Virus record (IMG/VR): IMGVR_UViG_3300019742_000002
Coordinates: 1 to 64,000 of that record
Strand: one strand, 5' to 3'
Source: a virus
Length of the DNA stretch: 64,000 nt
Below, piece by piece: positions 10,495-19,637 of the stretch (the stretch's first letter is position 1; the number at the start of each line of letters is the position of its first letter). The position numbers and the translations under genes are program-made. The notes below the pieces were generated by a model. It was not told the DNA's origin and searched no databases. It was given only the letters and a program-made list of their open reading frames with translations.

Positions 10495-11049
10495 TTATTC
10501 GATTTCATTTGAGTAATCCCAAAATTCATCTACGGTCATATCCATGGCTTCAGGTTTAATATCTATTTTTGGGTTACTCTTTTTAACTTTTCTAACTTTT
10601 GGTAATGTTACATTACTTCTTTTTATTGATAAACCATTACTATTAGATAATCTTATGACTTTATGATTATAAGTATCTTGTAAAATATAATGTTTTGATA
10701 TGTTTATTCTATTCCTTATATCTAAATATCCCACTTTTCCGTTAGTTAATCTAAGAGTTGATATAATAGTTAATATATTATCTTGCCTTGTGATTAGTAT
10801 ATAGTAATCTCTATCTCTCCAATCTTTAAAATTAACAACTATTGAACTATTACCAAAACTTAATAATCCGTACCTTATAGATAATTTAACAATATCCTTA
10901 TAGTCACCTTTCAATAAGTCCATATCCCTTGATGTCAAAGAATCTTCATATCTTCCTTTATATGAATGAATTGATTTATTCACAATTAATGTTTTATGTT
11001 GCATTTCAATTGTAAAATATTTAACACTTTTATGTATAGAGTTTCTCAT
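10495..11049 (-). CDS. Hypothetical early protein between baseplate genes
   Basis: Own sigma70 promoter 11078-11099. Confidence 0.65.
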   Translation of the reverse strand: MRNSIHKSVKYFTIEMQHKTLIVNKSIHSYKGRYEDSLTSRDMDLLKGDYKDIVKLSIRYGLLSFGNSSIVVNFKDWRDRDYYILITRQDNILTIISTLRLTNGKVGYLDIRNRINISKHYILQDTYNHKVIRLSNSNGLSIKRSNVTLPKVRKVKKSNPKIDIKPEAMDMTVDEFWDYSNEIE

Positions 11050-11132
11050 AAATTTCCTTTATCTTTTAATATATCTAATTATATCCACTTAAACTTAAAG
11101 TTTTATAAATATCTCTAAAAAGGAGTATAAAT

Positions 11133-13049
11133 ATGGATGAAACTTTAATACCCGAAAATTTTAAAGATATTGATAATATAGCTAAATCTATGGAAATCTA
11201 TACAGAGGGTAGTAAAGAACTAAATAAACTTACTCTAAATCCTATAGATTTACTAGATATTGATTTTCTTATAGACAAATATAATACAACTCTTAATGAA
11301 AATTACAGTAAAATCAAGGAAGAACTTTTCAAGATACACTTAAATGAGGTGTATAATGTCTTTGAACAGGCACAAGAATCAGAAGATATTTACAACAAGC
11401 TTAAAGAGGTTTATAGTTATTATGGAATAACTGATGAGGTAAAGTTAGGGTATCAATTAGAGGATACTATAAATCAAGAATATATAGATTCATCACGAGA
11501 ATACAAAACATCTAAAGGTAGAAAAAAAGCTTTTTATTTCATACACGATATTATAAATAAGGTTAATCTTCAAGAGATAGATAATACAAATTTTATAGAT
11601 ATTATAGAGGGTTCAAATATAGACCCAAATTTACCATATCATTATACAATTAAAACAGCCTTATATAAAGAGGTTGTTGAGGAAACTTTAATACCTCTTG
11701 CTCATCCTTTAGGTTTTATATATTCTTTTATTAAATTTATAGAAACTAGTTTTGAGGATTATTTTAATTTAGATGTTACCGAAGAGATAGGAGACCTTTT
11801 TACCAATTGTTATTCTGAAAGTGGTATTATTCAAACCCCAATAGACGAAACTAATTTCGGTGTACTTTCAAATTATGAAGAAATAACAAGTATCGTAGAT
11901 TCTACCAATAGAGTCGTATTAGATTTTAACGCCATTAACCCTTTTGTACCTCTTGCAATAGAGGATGGTTTTAGATTAGTTAAAGATTATAATGGTTCTT
12001 TATATAAATTCGATAAGCAACTCAAAAAAACAGTAGGATTAGATATAGAGTATCTAAGAATTTCTGAAATAGAGATAGAGGATGGAATGGGTGAATATGA
12101 GATTTTTATGTTTAGTAATGAAATGGACGCTATAGAGCTTATTAGATTCCAACTATATAGAGTACAAGATATTACTGATTTAATTGTTAAATTTAAAATT
12201 AAGGATGATTTACCTAATAAATGGTACATATCTAATATACCTTTGAATAATACCAATATTTATGATGATAGATTATATGATTATAACTTAATAACACCAG
12301 CTAATATTTTTGAGAATGCCTTAGACTATGACGGAAAATTTGTAGAGGAATATACTGATTGTGAGCTTATATTCAATCGTACATATACATATATAGTTAT
12401 CACGGATGATTCGGAATTCACTAATAAAAAACTAAAAAATACCTATGAATATTGGTCAAGATTAACTATGTATAATATACCTCTAGTTTGTACTACATAC
12501 GATTCTATAGACAATCCTTTATACGATTATAATGAATCTATAGAATCTTACTATGCTTATTGTGAAAATACTGAAAATATAAGATATGATGACCCAGATA
12601 ATTCTTATGATGATGAAAATATAGTATATGAAAGTAGTGGACAATTAGGTGTTTATGACGATAATATGATTTATGATGAAGATGGTGTATATGATGATGA
12701 GAATAAAAAACATATATTACATAGATTTGATACAGGGTATAACTCAACATTAGATAATAATAACCTTCCTAGTATTGTTGGTAGAATGGAACACTACTTT
12801 GCACCTGATTACCAAACAGATTTGGACTTAATAAGTTCTCCAACACTTTTACAAGATTACATAGATGGAAATATAGGAAATGATGAGTATTCAGCTAGAG
12901 AGGATTTTATAATGGGTGTTTATATTGGAGGTGTTTTACAAATTGATAATAATATAGGTGCTTTGGTTAGAGATATAAAATATGATGAGATTAATGCTTT
13001 AGGTATAGAGTCTAAATATGATAGTGTTGATGATTTTTATAAATATTAA
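11133..13049 (+). CDS. Putative baseplate wedge protein (gp7-like)
   Basis: YKTSKG..AF.FI and LAHPLGF motifs typical of gp7/tail protein I-like proteins; late promoter; position after gp6. Confidence 0.6.
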   Translation: MDETLIPENFKDIDNIAKSMEIYTEGSKELNKLTLNPIDLLDIDFLIDKYNTTLNENYSKIKEELFKIHLNEVYNVFEQAQESEDIYNKLKEVYSYYGITDEVKLGYQLEDTINQEYIDSSREYKTSKGRKKAFYFIHDIINKVNLQEIDNTNFIDIIEGSNIDPNLPYHYTIKTALYKEVVEETLIPLAHPLGFIYSFIKFIETSFEDYFNLDVTEEIGDLFTNCYSESGIIQTPIDETNFGVLSNYEEITSIVDSTNRVVLDFNAINPFVPLAIEDGFRLVKDYNGSLYKFDKQLKKTVGLDIEYLRISEIEIEDGMGEYEIFMFSNEMDAIELIRFQLYRVQDITDLIVKFKIKDDLPNKWYISNIPLNNTNIYDDRLYDYNLITPANIFENALDYDGKFVEEYTDCELIFNRTYTYIVITDDSEFTNKKLKNTYEYWSRLTMYNIPLVCTTYDSIDNPLYDYNESIESYYAYCENTENIRYDDPDNSYDDENIVYESSGQLGVYDDNMIYDEDGVYDDENKKHILHRFDTGYNSTLDNNNLPSIVGRMEHYFAPDYQTDLDLISSPTLLQDYIDGNIGNDEYSAREDFIMGVYIGGVLQIDNNIGALVRDIKYDEINALGIESKYDSVDDFYKY

Positions 13050-13080
13050 CAAAAGGAAGGCTTAGATATTCCTTTTGTTA
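13047..13080. terminator. Bidirectional hairpin between convergent genes
   Basis: taacaaaaggaa / ttccttttgtta 12-bp stem. Confidence 0.7.
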
Positions 13081-13103
13081 TTTATTAAATTTTTATACTC
13101 TTT

Positions 13104-13499
13104 CTAGTATCCATTCTCGTAGAAATTCATACCTATACTAATAACATCGTCCCAATTATCGGTGGTATCCACATTATAATCTCCAAAAACATCTATATAA
13201 TTATTACCTCTATCACTAACCTCAATTACGAATAACTTAGTACTACCTCTATTAATTGAATAAGATGGTTTTTCATAAACCTTATACTTTTTTGGATTTC
13301 TTCCATAATCATCATAGACTATATCTTCATCAATACCATCATAAAATACAAGTTCAGTACCTTCAGGTAATTTTTTACCCTTAACAAACTTTTTTAAAAT
13401 TCTCTTCATATTAGAATTTTCCATTCTTGTGATGTTATCACTCTCAGATAATTCACTCTCCATAAATTTAACAAAACCCTCATTTAACTTATTACTCAT
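13104..13499 (-). CDS. Putative internal head protein with capsid-targeting-like N-terminus
   Basis: N-terminus MSNKLNEGFVKFMESELSE resembles that of 15010-15303; early and late promoters upstream. Confidence 0.55.
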   Translation of the reverse strand: MSNKLNEGFVKFMESELSESDNITRMENSNMKRILKKFVKGKKLPEGTELVFYDGIDEDIVYDDYGRNPKKYKVYEKPSYSINRGSTKLFVIEVSDRGNNYIDVFGDYNVDTTDNWDDVISIGMNFYENGY

Positions 13500-13524
13500 T
13501 TATAACTCCTTAATTTTTAATTTC

Positions 13525-13585
13525 TTTAAATGTACCTAATTATAGTCTAATAAACTTAAACTAACTTTAAATACAAAACCTTTTA
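13525..13585. repeat. 61-bp exact direct repeat (early promoter cassette), copy 1
   Basis: Identical to 15329-15389. Confidence 0.92.
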
Positions 13586-13618
13586 TATTATTTATAAATA
13601 TTAACAAAAGGAATTATA

Positions 13619-14215
13619 ATGAACTTAGAAGATAATACAAATGATATAGTCGGTCATTTTAGAATAGAATTAAGAAAAAATGATGGAACTATTGAAGTAT
13701 TTGAAGAAAAGAATTTAATTATGGATACAGCTAGAGAAAATATGGCTAATTTAGTCGGTGGATATTCTTTAGGAAATCCTATCAATAAATTTGTACTTGG
13801 TACTAAAGGTCATATAGGGACTGATGTACTTACATTTAAACCTGTTGGTTCTTACGGTTTTGATTCAACAAGAACTGAATTATTTTCAGAGGAGAGTTCT
13901 GATTATACATATCAAATAGATTTTGATACAGTCTCTAGTAATGATATAGAAACAGATGCTCTAGCTGTTGGGGAGATGCAAGGTTCGGGTGTTACAAGTC
14001 TTTGCTCAGTTACTAGAACAATTTTTGAAAGAAGTGTTAAATTTGAGATAACTATACCAGCAGAAGCAGGAAATCCTATTGACGGTTCTAATGCAATTGG
14101 TTATACAGAAGCAGGATTATATGCTGACAATCTATTGTTTAGTCAAAAGACCCTATCAGTAATTGCCAAAGATGAAACTAGTGAGATATATGTCAGTTGG
14201 ACAATAATATTTTAA
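13619..14215 (+). CDS. Baseplate/tail-fibre attachment structural protein
   Basis: GHFRIE..E.KNLIMDTAR, INKFVLGT, YTEAGLY..LFS.K..I.KD....VSWTI pattern of tail-collar/baseplate proteins; late promoter. Confidence 0.6.
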   Translation: MNLEDNTNDIVGHFRIELRKNDGTIEVFEEKNLIMDTARENMANLVGGYSLGNPINKFVLGTKGHIGTDVLTFKPVGSYGFDSTRTELFSEESSDYTYQIDFDTVSSNDIETDALAVGEMQGSGVTSLCSVTRTIFERSVKFEITIPAEAGNPIDGSNAIGYTEAGLYADNLLFSQKTLSVIAKDETSEIYVSWTIIF

Positions 14216-14244
14216 ATTATATAAATAAAATAAAAAGGAATTAA

Positions 14245-14961
14245 ATGTTAAAGTATATACAAAAAAAAGAAAAGTTCAATATCAAAATAGGCTCAAAAGA
14301 GGTTAATTATATCAAATGGACAGGTAAACATCAAAGAGATTATCTAATAGCTTTGGAAAAATCAAAAGAAACTGATGTAACCGATAAGATGATTTTTGAT
14401 TCACTTATTAAACCTTGTGTGGATGAAAAAAATATAGTTCTTTCCCAAAATGAACAAAGATTACTTTTAATTGATATGAGAAAAAAGGGGATTGGAGAAA
14501 CTTTTGAGGATGAAATAGAATGTCCTATATGTAAAAATAAGAAAAAAGTTAAATTAAAATTAGATGATATTATAAAAGAATTTAAAGAATCTAAATGGGA
14601 TGTTATCGAAAAGGACGATATAAAGATAACTATTGGAGAAATTAAGAGTAATAAAGATAAAGATATTTTAATTCCATCTAATGGTGCTATAAAATATGTA
14701 TTTAATGATTTTTTCTTGCATATTAAGAGTATTGAATATAATGGTGAAGTTCACGAGGTTAAAAATATAAAAATTGTTGATAAGTTTTTTCAAGATATGC
14801 CGTCGGATGTTTCTATGTACTTTTTTCAAGAGTATGAAAAGATGACTGATAAATTGGTTCTTGAATATGATTTTATTTGTGATAATGAAGATTGTGATAG
14901 TAAGATTGATGAACCTTATGTAGTTAATTATGATAGGATACCTGGGTTTTTGTGGGTGTAG
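14245..14961 (+). CDS. Baseplate hub assembly protein (gp26-like)
   Basis: LLIDMRKKGIGE...ECPIC...LKLDDI and a C-terminal Cys pair; late promoter. Confidence 0.7.
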   Translation: MLKYIQKKEKFNIKIGSKEVNYIKWTGKHQRDYLIALEKSKETDVTDKMIFDSLIKPCVDEKNIVLSQNEQRLLLIDMRKKGIGETFEDEIECPICKNKKKVKLKLDDIIKEFKESKWDVIEKDDIKITIGEIKSNKDKDILIPSNGAIKYVFNDFFLHIKSIEYNGEVHEVKNIKIVDKFFQDMPSDVSMYFFQEYEKMTDKLVLEYDFICDNEDCDSKIDEPYVVNYDRIPGFLWV

Positions 14962-14972
14962 AATATTAATAT

Positions 14973-14992
14973 AGACCCTCTCGGGTCTTTTA
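14973..14992 (+). terminator. Rho-independent terminator
   Basis: agaccc-tctc-gggtct followed by T run. Confidence 0.7.
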
Positions 14993-15009
14993 TAGTTTAA
15001 GTACATTCC

Positions 15010-15303
15010 TTATTTAGAGTCTAACTTTTCTTTATCCTCTAAGTTTAAGAATCTATCCATACTTAGAGAAGCTATAAATCCATCATCAGCTTCAAATACA
15101 AAATTACTACCTATAACATCCATAATTCTATACCATTTACCTACTGTTAATTTATACCTAGCACTACTAGTTCCATCAGGTTTGGTGAGAAGTCTAAGTT
15201 CATCACCTCTTTTAAATTTATAGTTTCTAATATCATATACTTTTCTCTCATTTAATTCCCTCTCTATAAAATCACTAAAACCCTCATTTAATCTTTTTCT
15301 CAT
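15010..15303 (-). CDS. Putative internal head protein: capsid-targeting-like N-terminus plus SH3-like domain
   Basis: MRKRLNEGFSDFIERELNE then FKRGD...LTVGKWYRI...DDG. Confidence 0.55.
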   Translation of the reverse strand: MRKRLNEGFSDFIERELNERKVYDIRNYKFKRGDELRLLTKPDGTSSARYKLTVGKWYRIMDVIGSNFVFEADDGFIASLSMDRFLNLEDKEKLDSK

Positions 15304-15328
15304 TTTGTGTACTCCCTGTTTTCTTTTA

Positions 15329-15389
15329 TTTAAATGTACCTAATTATAGTCTAATAAACTTAAACTAACTTTAAATACAAAACCTTTTA
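15329..15389. repeat. 61-bp exact direct repeat, copy 2
   Basis: Identical to 13525-13585. Confidence 0.92.
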
Positions 15390-15391
15390 CA

Positions 15392-15625
15392 TTATTTACT
15401 TTTTCTTCTACCTCTACGAACTTTTGGCTCGTCTTCAACAGTTTCAGTATCCTCAACTACAACTTCTAATTCACTAACAGGTTCTTCAATCAATAATTCT
15501 ATTTTTTTAAATTTGCTTTTATTTTTTAAAACAACCTCTACATCATCATTATACATAGCACCTACTTTTATTAATGAAGCTTGTCCATTTACCACTGCCT
15601 TAAATTCCTCTATACATTTATACAT
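15392..15625 (-). CDS. Small late protein with acidic linker and basic tail
   Basis: RBS aaggag; palindromic late promoter 15649-15660; ends KVRRGRRKSK. Confidence 0.7.
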   Translation of the reverse strand: MYKCIEEFKAVVNGQASLIKVGAMYNDDVEVVLKNKSKFKKIELLIEEPVSELEVVVEDTETVEDEPKVRRGRRKSK

Positions 15626-15680
15626 CTTTTACTCTCCTTGTTTTATTTTATTTATAAATAATAAAAAAGGAATTTATAAA

Positions 15681-17189
15681 ATGAGTTCAATTACAGAATC
15701 TTTAAAAAAAGCTCTATTTAATAAACCAAAGAAAGAGGAACTATCCTCTGAACCTGATGTAGATAAAGTTGAAATACATGTAGAAGATAATATTCCTACT
15801 GGCTTTTTTGATAGTTATGATACTACATATTATGGAAATATGTCAAAAGATACATATATTCAGGAGCAAACTAGACTTATAAAAACTTATAGAAAATTAT
15901 CAAATCAACCTGAGGTAGCGAATGCCGTTTCTATTATAGTTGATGAGGCTATTTTTAGTCCGGGTTCTGATGAAATTATTGAATTAGACTTTAAAGGTGA
16001 TACTTCGGATTCTCTTAAGAAAAAATTAATACAAGAATTAAAAAATATTAATAACCAAATAAACTTAGATAAAAATATATATGCACTTTTCAATAGATTT
16101 TATATAGATGGTCAGTTAATCCTTCATACTCCATTTGTCGATAAAGATTTAAAAAAAGGTGTTAAAGATATAAAAGTTCTTAGTCCTTTAAATTTTGGAT
16201 TTAATAGAGATAAGGATGTTTGGGAATATGTAGAGACTGTTAATATAGGTGGATACACAAATACAACCTCAACAAAAGGTGGAGATATTAGTTTTGATAG
16301 AGATGAAATTATAAGAGTGGATTCGGGTATATATTCCGATAATCTTATTTTAGGTAATCTAAATGAATCGATTCTACCATCAAATATCCTAAAATCATTG
16401 GAGGACGCTCTTGTACCTATGAGATTTACAAGAAGTGTTTCAAGACGACTTTTTAATGTGAATGTAGGAAGACTTAATGGGAATAAGGCACAAGAAGCTA
16501 TGAATAAGATTAAAGAAAGTTTTAAATATAAGAAATTTTATAATCTTGAAACTGGAACTATATCTAATCAACAACATATCTCATCTCTTGTAGAGGATTA
16601 TTGGATGCCTAATCAAGGGGGTGAAAGAGGTTTACAAGTTGATACTATTGATGAGACAGGAAATCTAGGCGAACTTGGTGATATTCTACATATCAAAAGA
16701 AAGCTTTATACATCCTTAAAAGTACCCACAAATAGAATAAATGATGAGGGTTCTAATTCTGAATTTGATTTTACTGGTTCTAGTATAGATAGAGAGGAGT
16801 TAAAATTTTTCAACTTTATTTCAAGGTTAAGGAATCAATTCCTAGAATTATTTTACGAACTTCTAAAGAGAAATTCTGTAGCCAAAGGAATATGTACTCA
16901 AAAAGAGTGGGAGGATACGATTGTAAAAGATACTAAAATAAAGTTTGTTTCTGAAAATAAATTCTTTGAAAGAATGGAGAGAGAAAAATTACAGGAGTCA
17001 CTTAATCTTTTTAGAGATATTGAGGATATGGCAGGTAAATATTTTTCTTATGAATATATTTTTAAAGATGTTTTAGGAATGTCGGATGATGGTATTGAAA
17101 AATTACAAGAACAAATTAAGAAAGAAAAGGAGGATGATTTTTATAAACAATTTTATTCTAGTTCGGAAGATGGTGATGAGTGGAAATAA
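15681..17189 (+). CDS. gp20: Portal vertex protein gp20 (true start 15681)
   Basis: PEVANAVSIIVDEAI, FYIDG, LEDALV..R.TRS..RR.F, EDYWMP, LKVPTNR, IDREELKF..FI.RLR; RBS and late promoter before 15681. Confidence 0.95.
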   Translation: MSSITESLKKALFNKPKKEELSSEPDVDKVEIHVEDNIPTGFFDSYDTTYYGNMSKDTYIQEQTRLIKTYRKLSNQPEVANAVSIIVDEAIFSPGSDEIIELDFKGDTSDSLKKKLIQELKNINNQINLDKNIYALFNRFYIDGQLILHTPFVDKDLKKGVKDIKVLSPLNFGFNRDKDVWEYVETVNIGGYTNTTSTKGGDISFDRDEIIRVDSGIYSDNLILGNLNESILPSNILKSLEDALVPMRFTRSVSRRLFNVNVGRLNGNKAQEAMNKIKESFKYKKFYNLETGTISNQQHISSLVEDYWMPNQGGERGLQVDTIDETGNLGELGDILHIKRKLYTSLKVPTNRINDEGSNSEFDFTGSSIDREELKFFNFISRLRNQFLELFYELLKRNSVAKGICTQKEWEDTIVKDTKIKFVSENKFFERMEREKLQESLNLFRDIEDMAGKYFSYEYIFKDVLGMSDDGIEKLQEQIKKEKEDDFYKQFYSSSEDGDEWK

Positions 17190-17225
17190 AAAATATATAA
17201 ATAAAATAAAACAAGGAGTTTAAGA

Positions 17226-17825
17226 ATGAAAGAATTACAAGAAGCTATAACAGCTGTTGAGGAAGAGAGATTTAGCGATTTTTCAAAAATAATTACAACA
17301 AGTCTTAGTGACAAATTTAGAAATAACCCAAAGGTTCAAGAAATGGCTGATAGGGAATTTAGAATGAAAGGTATTCAAGATGCTTTTAGAGATATTTCTA
17401 GGAAGTTGAATGAGGATGAAAAACCTAAATTTAAAGTAGGAAACGAAGTTATATTTTATGGAGTTCAAGGTGATAAAGATAGAGGTATTATATCTAAATC
17501 TTTTAAAGATGATAATATTAGAGGTGAGAAAGTATATTTTTATGATATAGAAACCAAATCTAAATTAGTAAGAGATGTACCTGAAGGTGATATTTCTAGG
17601 AAGTTGAATGAGGATGAATTAGCTTATACAATATTGGAAAATAAATTAGCTGATAGGGAACTAAAGAAATTGGGATTCTCGTTAGTAACAAATAAAGATG
17701 GGATGAAAGAATATCAAGACGATAATAAAAATACTGTTTGGTTTAGTAGTCATTATTTAGAAACAGAAACTAATGATAAAGAGCTAAAGAAGAAGATAGA
17801 AGATATTTTAAAGTGTAAAGACTAA
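17226..17825 (+). CDS. Prohead core protein (gp67/68 position) with appended domains
   Basis: Lies between portal and protease; DISRKLNEDE occurs twice around an SH3-like domain. Confidence 0.6.
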   Translation: MKELQEAITAVEEERFSDFSKIITTSLSDKFRNNPKVQEMADREFRMKGIQDAFRDISRKLNEDEKPKFKVGNEVIFYGVQGDKDRGIISKSFKDDNIRGEKVYFYDIETKSKLVRDVPEGDISRKLNEDELAYTILENKLADRELKKLGFSLVTNKDGMKEYQDDNKNTVWFSSHYLETETNDKELKKKIEDILKCKD

Positions 17826-17836
17826 GGAGTTTAATC

Positions 17837-18733
17837 ATGAAATTAATAATAGAAAATCCTCTCATTCTTGAAACCGTTATTCAAGATGAGATGAATGAAG
17901 CTATAGGAATGTCAGAAAGAAATTACTATATTCAAGGAATTTTCTCAACACCTGAGGTAAAAAACCGAAATGGTAGAATTTACCCTAGGAGTCTTTGGGA
18001 AAGAGAAGTTAAGGAATATCAAAAGGAAATTTTAGAAAGAACTGTTAATTCATTAGGTGAAAATGAACATCCACCTAGTACCGATATTAATATAGCCAAT
18101 ACAGTTATTAGAATTGTTGAATTAAAAATCAACGAAGATGGTAATGTATGGGGTAAGGCTAAAATACTAAATGATAATACTCATCTTACAAATAAACTAA
18201 AAGGTTTTATAAAAGAGGGTATGAAAATTGGAGTATCTTCAAGAGGATTAGGTTCTGTAAATGAAGATGGTATTGTAGAGGATTTTAAGCTAATAACCTA
18301 TGATGTTGTCTCTATGCCTTCTGATTATAATGCTATGCTAACAGGTCTTCAAGAGGGTTACCAATTTCTTAATGGAATGGCTACTAATAAAGAGTTCAAG
18401 CTAGATGAATCTGGATGTATTTCAGAATGTTCTTTAGAAATTCCTAAGAAAGTTGAGAAGATTGATGAAACTACTTTAGACGAGTTTTCAGGTGATTATG
18501 TGTATGTCCAAGCATTGAAATCAATCCTAAATTCTAAAGGTGCTGAAAAATTATGTGACCTTAGTTTAGATATGAAAGAGGATGTTTTGTCTCAATTTGT
18601 AGATATGATTAGAGAATATGATGGATATGTCAAGGATTATGAAATTTATTTGGAGTCACAAGCTCTAAAAAATGATAAAACCATTGGATATAAAGAATTA
18701 GCTAAAAAGCTTAGGGAATATAATGGAAAATAA
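17837..18733 (+). CDS. gp21: Prohead protease gp21 with C-terminal extension
   Basis: YIQGIF..VKNRNGRIYP, GENEHP, GVSSRGLGS, YDVV..PS. Confidence 0.95.
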   Translation: MKLIIENPLILETVIQDEMNEAIGMSERNYYIQGIFSTPEVKNRNGRIYPRSLWEREVKEYQKEILERTVNSLGENEHPPSTDINIANTVIRIVELKINEDGNVWGKAKILNDNTHLTNKLKGFIKEGMKIGVSSRGLGSVNEDGIVEDFKLITYDVVSMPSDYNAMLTGLQEGYQFLNGMATNKEFKLDESGCISECSLEIPKKVEKIDETTLDEFSGDYVYVQALKSILNSKGAEKLCDLSLDMKEDVLSQFVDMIREYDGYVKDYEIYLESQALKNDKTIGYKELAKKLREYNGK

Positions 18734-18859
18734 TTTATATAAATAAGTATAGATTAATAAAAATTGGAACTTTATAAGCCTAAAAACTTATATAAATAAT
18801 AATAACTTATATGAAATAGTTTGAAAATTTAAGTTATAAAAAATTGGAGGTAAAATAAA

Positions 18860-19576
18860 ATGTTAGAACAAATATTAAACGAGGCTAAGATTGATGATTC
18901 AATTAAGTCACAATTGACCGAAGCTATTGAGAAATCAATAAATATAAAAGCTCTTGAATTAGCAGAAGCTAAGAGTGAAGAATATACTACTCTTGTGGAT
19001 GCTTTTATGAGTGAAAAAACAGAAGCTTTAACTCAAATGTTAGAGAAATATCTTGACAAAGTTGTTGATGATTTTGTTGATACTAATTTAGAAACTATGC
19101 AAGAATCGGCTGATAAACAAAATTATAAAGCTGTATTAGATGGTTTTGGAGCTGTATTAGAAACAGCAGGTGTAGAGTTTATGGATATAGCTGATACTAA
19201 AAAAAGAGTAGATGAATCAAGTGACTTACACGATACTGTGGGTAGTTTAGAATCTAAAATTGATTCATTAGTTTCTGAGAATTTAGAACTTGAAAATAAG
19301 GCTAATAAATATCTAGTTACGGGTCTTAAAAGACAAATTACAGAGGGTATGTCCGATATGAAAAAAGAGAGATTTGAGAGACTTTCGAGTTTTGTTAAAT
19401 TTAATCCAAATGAACCTCAAACTTTTATCGATGCTCTTGATGATATTGCTGAATCACTTTCGGAAGATGCTCCTAGAGAAATTAAAAGGGTGAAAGAAGT
19501 TAGAGAAACTAAGATTGTTAAAGAGAATATACAAGCATCTAAAGACGATATTATGATGGGTAGACACCTTTGGTAG
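18860..19576 (+). CDS. gp22: Prohead scaffold protein gp22
   Basis: Acidic coiled coil between gp21 and gp23; KYLDKVVDDF motif. Confidence 0.85.
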   Translation: MLEQILNEAKIDDSIKSQLTEAIEKSINIKALELAEAKSEEYTTLVDAFMSEKTEALTQMLEKYLDKVVDDFVDTNLETMQESADKQNYKAVLDGFGAVLETAGVEFMDIADTKKRVDESSDLHDTVGSLESKIDSLVSENLELENKANKYLVTGLKRQITEGMSDMKKERFERLSSFVKFNPNEPQTFIDALDDIAESLSEDAPREIKRVKEVRETKIVKENIQASKDDIMMGRHLW

Positions 19577-19637
19577 ATTGTCCTAAATGGACTAAAATAA
19601 ATTATATAAATAATATAAATTAAACAAGGAGAATTAA

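Noticed and set aside
15513-15680. N-terminal extension of the portal in the ORF track
   Set aside because: Overlaps a real - strand gene; the late promoter and RBS point to ATG 15681
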